Source: the human T2T-CHM13v2.0 reference genome, Homo sapiens. Taken from it: a DNA stretch of 64,000 nucleotides. The position numbers and the translations under genes are program-made. The stretch is from the NCBI RefSeq assembly GCF_009914755.1, contig NC_060932.1; one strand, written 5' to 3'. The first letter of the stretch is position 1, and the number at the start of each line of letters is the position of its first letter. The notes beneath the pieces were generated by a model, which was not told the DNA's origin, did no database searches, and saw only the letters and a program-made list of their open reading frames with translations. Below, piece by piece: positions 23,025-35,977 of this stretch.

Positions 23025-23381
23025 TGATATGGTTTGGCTCTGTGTCCCAATCCAAATCTCACCTCGAATGATAATAATCCCATCGTGTCAAGGATGGGAC
23101 CAGGTGGAGATAATCGAATCATAGGGGCGGTTTTCCCCATGCTATTCTCATGAAAGTGGGTAAGTTCTCACAAGATCTGATGTTTTTATAAGGGGCTTCC
23201 CCATTCACTGGGCACTCATTCTCTCTCCTGCCACCCTGTGAAGAGGTTCCTTCTGCCATGATTGTAAGTTTCCTGAGGCCTCCCCAGCCATGAGGAACTG
23301 TGAGTCAATTAAACCTCTTTCCTTTATAAATTACCCACTTTCGGGCAGTTCCTTATAGCAGCATGAGAATGGACTAATACA
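23025..23381 (+). mobile_element. THE1 solo LTR (THE1C-like)
   Basis: tgatatggtttggctctgtgtccc ... gagaatggactaataca, with TSD taccc/tatcc. Confidence 0.93.
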
Positions 23382-23534
23382 TATCCCAATCTTCTGTATC
23401 TAAAAATTCCAACAATGAACATTAATTTAATTGCTACTATTTTCCAATTCTCTGATAAACTTGATCATACATTTTATCTTGCTCTATCCTCACAGCAAAC
23501 CTGCAGCATTATTACAATTATAGATTTGAAGATA

Positions 23535-23715
23535 TAACTGTATTGTAGCATCTCATTGAGTCTAAATCAACTTTGATTGCCATTATTTATGTTCCACTAA
23601 GAAAGAAATAAAAATGCTGAACTTTAAACTGCAATAACATGCCAACATGTCATTGATTATAAAATGAGTCTCAATTTCAGACAAGTTAAAACATGTCTTC
23701 AAATGGATGAAATAA
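23535..23715. mobile_element. Probable old DNA transposon fragment (MER96B-like) between MIR pieces
   Basis: cattatttatgttccactaagaaagaaa...tctcaatttcagac resembles a recalled consensus. Family assignment is uncertain. Confidence 0.4.
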
Positions 23716-25033
23716 GTGGTAGAGGTGGGACTTGAACCCACATCTGTCCATCTTCCTGCTCAGCACAAATTCTACTTCCATCGTGTCAAAGTCAGATACT
23801 TCATGTTTGTGTCCAGACAGGTTGATGTTGAACATTGCTTATTCCTAAGCCTAGGTGGCTCTGAAAGGAAAATGATATTTCTGACCATTCACCCAGGTGA
23901 GAAAGATCAGGGTTTGCCTCCTTGGAGGCGATGAGCATTCCAGGCCTAACAGACACTGGAAAGAAGGCAATGGAAATTCCAGGCCACTGGAAAGAAAGCA
24001 ATGATTGCCTGACTGGCACATGGAAGAGACATCATTCTCCCTATATTCCTCACAATATGACTGAGAGCTGCAGCCAATGGATCTTGCACCTGAAGGCCCA
24101 GACACAGAAAAGTTCAGGACTCACCCAGTAGTGCAATCCATCAGGCACAACACTGAAACTAAAATATGCAGTTTCTCACCCCCAGGCCTGGTTGAGTCCA
24201 TGTTGGCATGCTGCTTTCTCTGCACAACTGTGATTCTTGCTGAATAATTGAAGCCCAGGCTTTGTCCATATCAGGGATATTACTGTTTGATTTTGTGATC
24301 CCAAAGGGACAGCTGCAAACTGCTGATGCCTGTGCTGGTGCTGAAATTGCTACAGAATGTGGGAATTTTTTGAGTTTCATGTTGGAAAATCATCAGGCAT
24401 CGCACTGGGAAGTAGGGGTTTCTTAGAGGTTTAAAAAAACAGTTCAAGAGTATATAGGTGGGAAGGACGAGAGGTTAATGAGATGCTTTTCTGCAAGGCA
24501 AGATTGCATCTGAGCAATAAATTGAAAAAAAATTAATTATAAATGGAATAACCCAGCCCCTAAGGAATTGAGATAATGCAGAATAAGTTCCCATTAATGG
24601 AAAGATGTGAATTTTAATACACACACTATACCAGAGTAATACTGTCCACATTGATGGATTACAAAAAAACATGCTTTATTCCCCCACCTAACCCCAAGAA
24701 AAGGGGAAAAAAATCACAAAGGCTGAGTTACAAAAGGTAACTTCAAATATAAATCCCCCAGATGCGAATTCATAAGTGAAGCAGGCTGGCTGCAGTATCA
24801 TTCTATGAATAAGCCCTGTGATCTCCCCCTAGCAGTTCCCCAAGTGGGTCACAGAACAGAGGGCATAGTCCTATCCAGCAGCAGAGCTTGCATTCTTTAC
24901 CATGTGCATCTGCAAACATCCTTCCAAAATGTTTAGCAGTCATTGCTCACAGAAATAGAATTTCTCAAACATCTATGATTTTATCATATCAGAAAAATTT
25001 TTGAAACAGAGGTACAGAAAGATCCAATGACTT

Positions 25034-25379
<346 letters not shown>

Positions 25380-26288
25380 TTAACAAAAACACATACACTT
25401 GAATTCATCAAATTCTCAGTTTTAGGCAAAAGAACATAAACAAAACGTATCTCCCTGATTGGTAGCAAAGAACCCGAGGGGAAAATAGAAGTCTGGAGTT
25501 TGCTTTTCAAACCCAAATTTATAAAAAGACACAAACAGCTTACTCCCAAACAAGATGTGGCAAAGCCACTCTCTCACATTCCTCTTTTTTCCCTCTATAA
25601 TCTCATGGCCATTAACAAAGTGCACAATTACATATCAATGTTGCCTGTCTAACATGAAAAGAAAGCTTTAATTTGTCTTTTAAAAGATAGTAGCTATGAC
25701 AGTTAATAAATGTGTGAATTAGTAAGAAATTCATTTGATGGAGGAGGCAAATGAAAATACTAGGGTGCTAAGATTCTGGAATTTTGTTCGAAGTCCTGTT
25801 TTCTGTGGAAGGGGGAGGTCTGAATTTGAAGCAAGGAGAGGTGGGTTCAAATCCCATCTCTCAAGCCTGGCACTTCATTTACCCACTCTGTGCCCCAAGA
25901 CTCTTCACTGATACGACGGAGTAAAAAATTCCCACCACCCATTCTTATTGACACAGGAAAATTGAATGGTGAAAGCTCTTAGCACAGAACTTGGTCTCAA
26001 TAAGTATGAGTTGACCTGGTAGCCAAAAAGAAATTTATTTCGTAGATTGCAAAAAGCAGTTTGAGGGGCAGCCTTAAATAAAAATCATTCATTACAAAAT
26101 ATTGTCACCAAGAAAAAGTTCTAATTTTCTGGGAGGCAAAGAATTAACAACTCAGGGGAAAAAAATCTCTTATTTTATTTAAATCGATCTGTTTTTGGTG
26201 TGGGTTGGGTTTGAGGTTTAAGTGTGTTTTTGAATTTGTGTGCATGCACATGTGTGATGCCTACTAAATGTCAGGGGCTCAGTAAGTA

Positions 26289-26367
26289 TTGAGTTGGTGC
26301 AAAAGTAGTTGCAGTTTTTGCCGTTACTTTTATTAACAAAACCGCAATTACTGTTGCACCAATCTCC
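26289..26367. mobile_element. MADE1 mariner MITE
   Basis: An ~80-bp palindrome, gttggtgcaaaagtagttgcagtttttgcc...aaaaccgcaattactgttgcaccaa, matching MADE1. Confidence 0.9.
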
Positions 26368-26437
26368 TATTTGTTGAATGGAATTAAAAGAGGGAAGAAT
26401 TTGGTCAGCAATTTTGTCTATCTTGTAGTGGACTATG

Positions 26438-27170
26438 CAGGAGCGCCCCCCCCGCCCCCCCATGAGCAGTTTCACTTTCTGCACTTTCAGTTATCCATAG
26501 TCAACTAAGGTTCCAAAATATTAGATCAAAAAGTCCAGAAATAAATGATTCATAAGTTTTAAGTTTCATGTCATTCTGAGCAATATGATGAAATCTCACC
26601 CCATCCTGATCTTTCCACCCTGGTCATGAATCCTCCCTCCGTCCAATGTCTCTATGCTGTAGATACTCTCTGCCCCTGAGTCACTTAATAGCCAGATCGG
26701 CTTTCACATCTACTGTCAAGGTATCTCAGTGCTTGTGTTCAAGAAACCCTTATTTTACTTAATATGTACCCCAAAGCACAAGAATAGTGATGCTGGCGAT
26801 AGATAGGCCAAAGAGAAGCTGCAAGGTGCTTCCTCTAAGTGAAAAGGTGAAAGTTCTCAACTGAAAGGAAAGAAAAAAAAATCACATGCTGAGGCTGCTG
26901 AGACCTATGGTAAGAACAAATCTTCTGTCTGTGAAATTGTAAAGAGGGAAAAAGAAGTTTGTGCTAGTTTTGCTGTCACACTTCAAACTGCAAAAGCTAC
27001 AGCCACAGTGGGTAATAAGTGTTTAGTTAAGATGAAAAAGGCATTATGTTTGTGGGTGGAAGACATGAACAGAACATGTTCCAAATGAGAGCAATCAGGT
27101 TCGGTGCTATCCACAGTTGCAGGCTTCCACTGAGGATCTTGGAACATATTTGGACAAGCGGCGACTTCTG
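26438..27170 (+). mobile_element. MER44 (Tigger7-derived) DNA transposon
   Basis: gtttcactttctgcactttcagttatcc...tccagaaataaa...cttcctctaagtgaaaaggtgaaagttctc; ~730 bp with cag...ctg ends. Confidence 0.85.
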
Positions 27171-27859
27171 AATTCTGGGGGGTCTTCTGTATTCCCAGGA
27201 CTTATGACAATTCCATGTATATATTCCATTTTCAATGAATATTTGTTACATTACTCAATACTCATTTTCTTTGTTTTTAAAATAATAATTTTTCAAGGTC
27301 CTTTCCTATTACATTTTATATTTCCTTTCTAAATTTCATTTCACTGTCAGTGCCCTCTCCCTTTATAGAAGTGATGGCCTTTCTGTAGCAAATAGAAAAT
27401 ATATACCCCTATCTGACTTTCAGTATTTTAGAAAACTGTGTTGTTTTGCCAATATCACAAGTACTGTCCACTACACAATATTTTATCCAATTGTCTCCCA
27501 ATTTAATTATCTCCCAACTCTTTTCACCGTAACAACTCATTTCCCTGAGCTCCTGGTACCTTATGCAACCGGCCCTGTAGAAGTTCCAAGAGCATGTGAG
27601 TCCTTCCAACCTCTTGACCCAGTTCCACAACTTAAATTTAACCTGTTTCCTCACCCACCATCCACCTGCACATTCAAAGAAAACAAGAACATAAGTAACA
27701 TAAATGCCATATAGCAGAAAGGAGGAAGAACTCCCATCTTTAATTGTCCCCTAATCACAAAAGACACTGTCAGAATTCTCTGAGCCCAAAGGGAACGCCA
27801 AATGCATCAGGTGAGTGAGGCCTTCAGGAGGAAATGGGAGCTGGAAAAGAGAAGCAATC

Positions 27860-28022
27860 ATGAGTCATTTACTAGCTGTGACCCTGGGCAAGTCACTGCC
27901 TCTCACTATCTCAAGTTTCTCATCTTAAAATGGGCATAATACTAGTACCCAACTCATAGGGTTGTTATGAAAATATAAAGAGGTTTATACTTTAAAACAG
28001 TTAGAACCAGGCACTTTGTAAG
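27860..28022 (-). mobile_element. MIR SINE remnant
   Basis: tttactagctgtgaccctgggcaagtcact...tttctcatcttaaaatggg...cataggg ttgttatga. Confidence 0.75.
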
Positions 28023-28029
28023 TTTTATG

Positions 28030-28234
28030 TGTATACATATATATATACACACACACACACACATATATATATACACACACACACACATATATATACACAC
28101 ACATATATATACACACACACATATATATATACACACACACATATATATACACACACACATATATATACACACACACATATATACACACACATATATATAC
28201 ACACACACACATATATATACACACACACACACAC

Positions 28235-28269
<35 letters not shown>

Positions 28270-28280
28270 TACATATATAC
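28030..28280. repeat. Compound (CA)n(TA)n microsatellite/VNTR
   Basis: About 250 bp of alternating CA and TA blocks. Confidence 0.97.
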
Positions 28281-28404
28281 GAAGGTACCTAATTAATGAG
28301 AAAGGGATATTTTTTAAAAGTCCCTTGCAGTTGCCCTGTAAGACACTGTATTCACAACTGCCCATAAACAATTACCACCGAATATAATCGTCAGACCCAG
28401 TCAC

Positions 28405-29170
28405 TGCTATATTCTGAATGTTTATGTCCTCCCAAAATTCCTATATTGAAATCCTCACCCTCAAGATGATGGCATTAGGAGGTGGGGCCTTGGGGAGGTG
28501 ATTAGGTCATGGGAGCGGAGCCCTCATGAATGGAATTAGCACCCTTTAAAAAGAGACCTGAGAAAGACCCTTCACCCCTTCCATCACGTAAGGTGAGGGT
28601 AATAAGATGGCTGTTTATAAGGAATGGTCGTTTGCCAGACACAAGGCCTGTGGGCAACTTGATCTTGGACTTCTTAGCCTCTAGAGCTGTGAGAAATAAA
28701 TATCTGTTGTTTATGAGCCATGCAGTCTATAGTACTTTGTTACAGCAGCATGCTATGGTTTGAAAGTATCCCCCAAAAGTTCACACATTGGAAACTTGGT
28801 CTCCAAAACAGCAGTGTTGAGAGGTGGGACCTTTGGCAAGTGATTGGGTCATAAAGGCCCATTCATGGATTAATGGGTTATCGAGGGAATGGATTAGTTA
28901 TCACAAGACTAGGTCTGTTATAAAAGCCACTATGGACGTCTCTTGTGAGCCACCTCACCACGTATCACCTTGTGCCACTAGGGACTCTGCAGAGTCCCCA
29001 TTAGTAAGGACACCCTCAGCAGATGCAGACCCTCAAATTTGTACTTCCCAGCTTCCAGAACTATAAGAAATACATTTTTTTCTTTATAAATTACCCAGTC
29101 TCAGGTATAATTGCTATTCAATTACAGCAACAGAAAATGGACTAAGACACAGCCCAAACAAACAAAGACA
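28405..29170 (+). mobile_element. MLT1A0-like solo LTR, interrupted near its 3' end
   Basis: tgctatattctgaatg ... aaagaca, with TSD gtcac at 28400-28404 and 29171-29175. Confidence 0.88.
28751..29149 (+). mobile_element. MST-like solo LTR nested in the MLT1A0 LTR
   Basis: tgctatggtttgaa ... aaatggactaagaca, with TSD cagca/cagcc. Confidence 0.88.
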
Positions 29171-30079
29171 GTCACTCTGTGGCTACAAGGGGCAAAGGGT
29201 GGAGACAAATCTTGTTCAAGGCCATATTTGAAATGAGATGGAGACAAGGATGCTGAAAATACCCTACCTTCAGCTAAGATGTGTAACTTCTGCTTCTGTA
29301 CCAGTGACAGCTCTACTCCTACTCTAATCCTCCTGCCTCTTGGACAAAATATTACCAAGATATTCAGTCATCAAATTGACCCTGCTTCTTGACAGCATTC
29401 CATCCAAAACCAACCTCAGCTTCTTTAAAAACTCCTTAGAATCACCCAGCACAAGCCCAGATCCTACAGTCCATCCCTCCCAAGTCCCTCTTAGCAGGTC
29501 AATTTAAGGCTTTCCCAGGTGCACTCCCCCTGCTGCTGCAAGCTAAGGAAACCTGACTTTGTTCTGGTTCTAGGTGTGTTCTTGGTGTTCTTTGCCTGGT
29601 GGGCCATAAAATAATACCTCTAACAACAAAAAAAAACAGCTATTACTTCTTGAGTGTTCACTCTGTGCCAGAGACTTCCTAAAGTCTATACATGTATTAA
29701 CTTCTAATCCTCACAACAATCTATATCCTGGACATAGACAAGTAACTTCTCTAGCAAGTACAGAAGCAAGAATTCACACCCAGGTCTGTCTGACACAGAG
29801 CTGGTGCTCTTAGGCAATGCATTCCGCTGCCTCTTGAATAGAGGGCAGTTGCCCAGGGTCGGCTTAATATCTTCCGTATCCTACATTGAAATTGAGTACA
29901 GCTTGCCCCAATTCTGCTTGATTATTTCCCAGCTCATATTTATGTTCAAAGAGATGAGAAAGATAAGAAGAGAATAAATCATCTCACCACATGGAGTATA
30001 CTTTTCATTTTGCACTCATATAAACTTGAAACTGGGGCTATTGGTTTTAAATTTGAAGCTGAGGACAGCTTCTCAGCTG

Positions 30080-30300
30080 AAGGAGCAGAACAGCACAGAA
30101 GACTGTGAAATCCAGGAGAGCTGGTTTAGTCCTGGCTGCAACCCATCTAACAATGGGAACTTTAGGCAAGCCCTTTAACCTCTCTGAAGCTTGTTTTTCT
30201 ATTATGTAAAATAGATACAATAATGCCTACCTCAATGTGAGGCAGTGAAGTGCTTGATACTTAAAACCAGTGGGTATATGAAAGCTATTATTGCTACCAT
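30080..30300 (-). mobile_element. MIR SINE remnant
   Basis: tttaggcaagccctttaacctctctgaagcttgtttttctattatgtaaaat...taatgcctacctca. Confidence 0.65.
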
Positions 30301-32128
30301 CATGAAAAGTAGTGATTCTCAGTACCCCACAGAGATGGTTTGCTGTGGCTGACACCGCTTGATAAATCATAAAAGGCCCAGATGTGTCCTTCTAATGTTC
30401 ACTAAGGGTCACAGAGGCTGTCAGAGCCAGGGATTAGAACAGGGAAGGGAAGGCAAGAAGAAAGGAGCTGTTTAAAAATGAGGAAAGAGTCTTGTTTGAG
30501 ATCCTGTGCCTACTCATCCTAGAGGCCAACACCACAGAGAAACAAAATAACAATATTCTGGGATCAGGACATTCTGATTTTTGGATACCATTCTTATTCA
30601 AACCAGGAGAGACTTTAGTCCATACCCCTACTGGACAACAACAAATTTTCCTCTTCATGATAATCCTGGAGACTTCACAGACAGGCTTCAGAAAGAGCAA
30701 GAAAAAAAATATATATAGATATATATATATATATACATACGTGTGTGTGTACACATCTATATATCAGAAAAGAAAGCTACAATGACTACCAGCAAATTAA
30801 CAATTCCCTGTATTTACTACAAACCTCTCTTTAATAGACTGCAACCTATTCATTAAATGGGAGGAAAAAAATATGAGGACAGGAAATGGAAAGGGGCAGA
30901 GAAGTGAGGAGGAGACGAGAGGGTAAAAGAAACCACTTTGCTTCTAACGTAATGCAGTAAGATATAAATACAATCAAAGGGGTTAATCTAATCCCTTTGT
31001 GAAGCACTGAGTCAGAGAACAAGACAAAAACAAACCTGTGATCTGGAACTTCTCGAGCCCCCACTTGGGGGGATTAATGAGGAGTACACGGCTGTGAAAT
31101 TACATGTTCTCTGAGTCAGGAAAATGGTCCTACTGGTGCATGACCTTGAAATGAGGGGACGCAAACTTCACCTGATCCACAATTATGAAGCCCAAAAAGG
31201 AGGGGCTCGGGGAAAAGAGAGGATGTGGAAAAGAGGCTGTCCAAATGTTCGGGATATGAAGATCCACAAATCTCAACCAACCCATGGCTTGCAGGGGGAT
31301 CTAAACACAACATAAAATATTCAGAGGACTTTAAAAGGACGCTGGCATTTGTGAGAAAGCATTAGGAGGCAAGCCTGTCCTCTTTATTTACATGAAGTAG
31401 ATATTTTGTGGCTGTTGTTATGGACTTAGTGATGTTTGTCTCTGTTCAATTTTCCCTTTGCGATGAAAAATTGTTGCGAGATGATTTCTAGTCTTAGCTG
31501 CTTTACATGACAGTATTATCAAGGATTCATCAAGAGGCCATCTGTCGAATTTATGAAAAAAATATGCAAAAACAAAACAGATGAAAAGGAAAGAGCAAGA
31601 CAGACTGGTCCAGGGGAAGATAGATGTGGCAGCATGTGCCTCCGTGTGAAAATGACAACATTTAAATACTGCGGAATAAATTACTGCGCCGAAAAATTAG
31701 TGATGCTCTCCCACTTCAGACGCTACCCTTACCATAAGAACATAATGAAATAGATCACATATCAAATCACCCTTTCCTCAGACTGTTATTATATTCTAAT
31801 GAAAAATTAGGAGAGGAGAGACACATAAACCTCAAATGGGAGGGATGAAAATGAGCCAGAGTAGATTTGCTGTAGTATTGAGCCCTGAGAAGCTTCTCCA
31901 AAATGCACAGTCCATATGGAAATAAGAGCTTTCCCCCACTATTTATTAAAAAGTCAATAAAATAAGTTACAGATTGTGTGAAAAACTGAAATAATATATA
32001 TTAAGATGACAACGAGGCTGGCCAAGCTTACACCCAAATTAGATGGGCTGTAAAAACAATGTATTTCAGAAAGGAAATAGGAAGGAGGCAGAGAAACGCA
32101 TCAGGATCCAAATGGCCAGTGCTGCGGG

Positions 32129-32147
32129 TGGCGCCCCCTGAAGGCAA
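32129..32147 (-). promoter_or_regulatory. CTCF-like motif
   Basis: Minus strand reads TTGCCTTCAGGGGGCGCCA, against the consensus TGGCCACCAGGGGGCGCTA. Confidence 0.6.
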
Positions 32148-32303
32148 GACGCAGAACCACATGTATATACTGTTTACTGAGGAAGGACTCATGAGCAACT
32201 TAGTCAGATCCGCGCCCGCTGGGACTGACTCCTGACTGACCAGAAATGGGGTAGCTCCCTCTGGGCTCTATTTCCAGCCCACAACCCTCAGAGCAGCTTC
32301 CTC

Positions 32304-32322
32304 CACCCCTAGGGGGCGGTCC
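32304..32322 (+). promoter_or_regulatory. CTCF-like motif
   Basis: Plus strand reads CACCCCTAGGGGGCGGTCC, matching the CC-C-AGGGGGCG core. Confidence 0.45.
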
Positions 32323-32589
32323 TCCTCATTTCCTTCCATTTCATCCTTCCATCCTAGAGTTTAATCTGTGGGAAAACTTCTATTCCCTTCCCTTAAGAAG
32401 ACATTTAATAGTGTTGGTAATAATGTATTATTATTAATTTCACACTAGCAATAAGATAATAACTGACACCCACTCCTAGATTTCAAAGAAGAGCAAAGTC
32501 CTATCTCATCATGAGCCAATGAGGGTAATAAACCTACAAAGGAAAAGTATGAAAAGGAATAGCATGCTGTAGCACTAGCCTAAGTGCAT

Positions 32590-32790
32590 TAACCAGTCTA
32601 ACCTCACACTAGCCCTGTGAGAGAATTACTATTTATCAATGGTCCCCATTGTACAGATAGAAGAATGGAAGCACAGAGAGGTGTAAGTATCCCATACAAG
32701 GTCACATAGCTAATAAGTAATGGTGCGGGGATTGGAACCCAGACGGTCGGGTTCAGAGCACAGGCTGTAATTTACCAAGAGCTGCAACAC
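32590..32790 (+). mobile_element. MIR SINE remnant
   Basis: ccccattgtacagat...gaagcacagagagg...caaggtcacatagctaataagt...ggattggaacccagac. Confidence 0.75.
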
Positions 32791-32940
32791 CTCCCACTAG
32801 AAAAGCAGCCCTGTGGTACCTTATTGTGTTTGCAAGGTTACAAATTATTCAATCAACAGATATGAGAATAAAAACTGTCTCTATGAAATAAGGTTGGGCT
32901 ATATCATCTCTCAGACAATTAGAAACCATATGTAAATAGG

Positions 32941-33033
32941 TATCCTTTACTCATCAGAAAGAGAGCAAACCATAATCCTAAAAAGCCCTGGCTCTCTCTC
33001 CTAGTTTGCTCTCTTTCTGATGAGTGAAGGATA
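32941..33033. repeat. Inverted repeat: 30-bp arms (29/30 match), 33-nt spacer
   Basis: tatcctttactcatcagaaagagagcaaac (32941-32970) and gtttgctctctttctgatgagtgaaggata (33004-33033). Confidence 0.95.
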
Positions 33034-35848
33034 TATATTTAAAAGTGTTTTCTTCCATCTATTATGGGACTAAAGAAAATGAGGTACTAATAATAAAGAA
33101 TACTATGTCAACAAAGGGTTAAAGGTAAGGCATGATGCCCAAAGTTCTGGTTTAAGGAAACTTCTTGGAACTAAATTAGGTCCTCCCAGGATGCTCTTCA
33201 TTTTGCTTTTTTCTTGAAATGTTTTAGACTTATGATATATTCAGAGTTTGTAGAAATTTCATCAGCACAACAAAAAGATCTCTAATCTACATTGAACATC
33301 TGATTAAAGACTTCATATCTGAATTAAATATTGTATGTATTTGCTATAGCAAATAATTACAATAGAACAAATAACACTATTTTGGAAATGAAAAATAATT
33401 TCAGCATTTGAAATATGCAAATAGCATACATAACCTCCATAAGGATATATTATTTGTGCTGGTCCTTGTAAGAAATTTAAGTAGAAATTTTCTTCTATTT
33501 TCAACATACAGAGAAAGTTAACCAACTTCAATTAAGTACCCTTTTTTTCCTAACTTTCACTTTTGATGGAATTATTATTTATTATCTGTAAATTAACACT
33601 GGAGTTCAGGAAGCTTGCTGGTCTCAACTTACCTGGTTCTGATGGCAATGAGAGATTAACCACTTCTCCTTCGGAAATTCACCAGGTAATATAACGGGTT
33701 CTCCCACAGAAATATCTCAGCCATAGCAAGATGGGGTGTCAGTTGTCCCTTCCTCCCTCCTTTTATTCTACCTTTCACATAGGCATAGCAGACTTTAATG
33801 ACACTTCTCAAACATATAAAAATAAATTTTAAACAATTTGATAAATTATTTTTTAAATTATAAATACAGTGGGATTATACTCATTGGTCACCTAATGTAA
33901 GCCCAGCCCTTAATCTTAAATTAATTTCTATCTAAAATGACCTCAAAACTTGAGACAAGGTTATAGATTGGCCCTTTCACACATGCTGCTAACGAGCTCT
34001 TTGGTTTGATAAATCAAAATATCAACACTAATATAAGTAGCTTAGACTGAGCCAGAGATTTCCAGTATGTGAATTAACTAAGACACAGCAAAACTATTTC
34101 CAGCTATCACAGTGGCTTCCTTCAGACAAATTTTAAAATGGATAGGACACAAAATACTTTATTTACCTGCCATGTTTATCCAAACACATTCCCTTTCAAT
34201 TCTCCTGTTCCTCCTATGTCCCCAGCCTAGGAGGCACCTTGGTGGCCAGACACAGACCATGTATACATCTCCTCATAAATAGGACTCTGGCTACCCCAGA
34301 TCCCAGTACCTGGGATGACTCTCCACCCAGAAATTCTTTGGTAACTGAAATTTTTATATATTTGAATATGTGCATAAGAACAAGTCTGCTCATTGAATTC
34401 CAGCCTGAGGTAACTTGCCTGTCCTTGACCCAGAGGCCTCTCTAAGACCTTGAAGAGGCATCTAGTACATAGGAATACATGCTGCTAGAGTTAGATATAC
34501 ATCACGCTGCACAGCTATCTCTAAAATACTAGCTCTTCTTGCTCTTCTATTATTTCAACTGTGCTTTACTTATGCCTCTACTTACTATTTCATTTCAGTC
34601 ATTAAATCAGAAGTTCATATTTGATAGGCCTTCATTCAGATGTATATTTGGAGCAGTTAATTATGATGTTTTCCTCTTCTGGAATGCCCTTGTATTTTTC
34701 ATCCATCAACCCATCTTCCTGGTCTCTTTCTAAATTAAGCTCCTCCAGAATGCATTCATTGATCACCTTAATCCACAATGCTCGCTACACCCTATTGTCA
34801 TGTATTATTTTTTTCTCACAAAAACAATCCAAAGAGCTATTTAAGTATCCTTTATACACAGGGCCATATTCAGGTAAGTGTTCAATATGTTTGTTGAATT
34901 TAAGCAAATTATTGATTCATTGTTTGTTATTGATCTATTTAAATAAAATTCATTAATAACATTTATAATTTAGTTAATTTATAACATTTTTCCTATGTGA
35001 ATGAAAAAGTAAGTCACTCAACTATCCTTAAACTCATAACAGGGAAAAATATACAACATAATAGGCATTTCTAACTCAATATGTACTAAACAGAACTCTT
35101 AATTTTTATATCCAGGAACTATTCCACTCTCAGCATGCATTATCTGTAAAAATGTCACCATCATCAACTTAGCCAGTTTCTTAAGCCAAATATCTTGTAT
35201 CATCCTTGCCTCCCTCTCTCATTGCTAACTCATTCTTGGCATTTACGAATGCCCTTGTTATGTGATACCATCTATAAAATGAGAAGAATGATATTTACTA
35301 GCTTCTATTATGGTGAAGGCTGTGACGTCTCTTCTGCACAAACAGCTTTTTGCCAGAAAAGTTTACAAAATAAAAAATAGATTATTATTGTAACAGTGAG
35401 ACTGCACAGAAACTAAAGATAACCTTCCAAAATGCTTAAAGGTACCATACTTCATTTGGGATATTTTATGAAACATACTCATCTTAAATTTTGAAGAATC
35501 AAAGAGGTCTCCTCTAATAATATCCAGTAGACGTAGATGTAATAAACTCTTACATTTGTATGGTACTAAGCATTTGTCAGTCCTATCCTTATTAATGGCA
35601 ACATGTCATGTTTATATAACAATTCACAATGTGCTCATCAAGTGCTTCCCCCTTACCATGGCACCATGACACCAATTTCACCGTTTTACAGATGGAGGTG
35701 CTGGTTAACTTGTCCAGGGCCACTTAGTGTGTCAGTGCTAAAATTCACCCCATGACCTCAGTTTCCTAATGCCTGGTAGGAAGCACACTTTACTGGAAAC
35801 TTCCCTGGGCAGTTCTTCCCCCTATGAAATCAGCAGCAGAGCCCGAAT

Positions 35849-35977
35849 ATGTGTGTGTATTTGCACGCATACATACATGCATGCAACATGCAATACACAT
35901 GCATACCCCTATACACACAGGTGTGCACCCACTCACAGGCACACACTCATGTACACACACACACACACACACACACT
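35849..35977. repeat. Degenerate (CA)n/(TG)n simple repeat
   Basis: An alternating purine-pyrimidine tract ending in a pure (CA)n run. Confidence 0.85.

Noticed and set aside
27954-28371. Long Cys/Val/Tyr- and His/Thr-rich ORFs
   Set aside because: These are translations of the (CA)/(TA) microsatellite.
29200-29605. Possible old ERV LTR fragment
   Set aside because: It has an LTR-like texture, but I could not identify termini, TSD or family with confidence.
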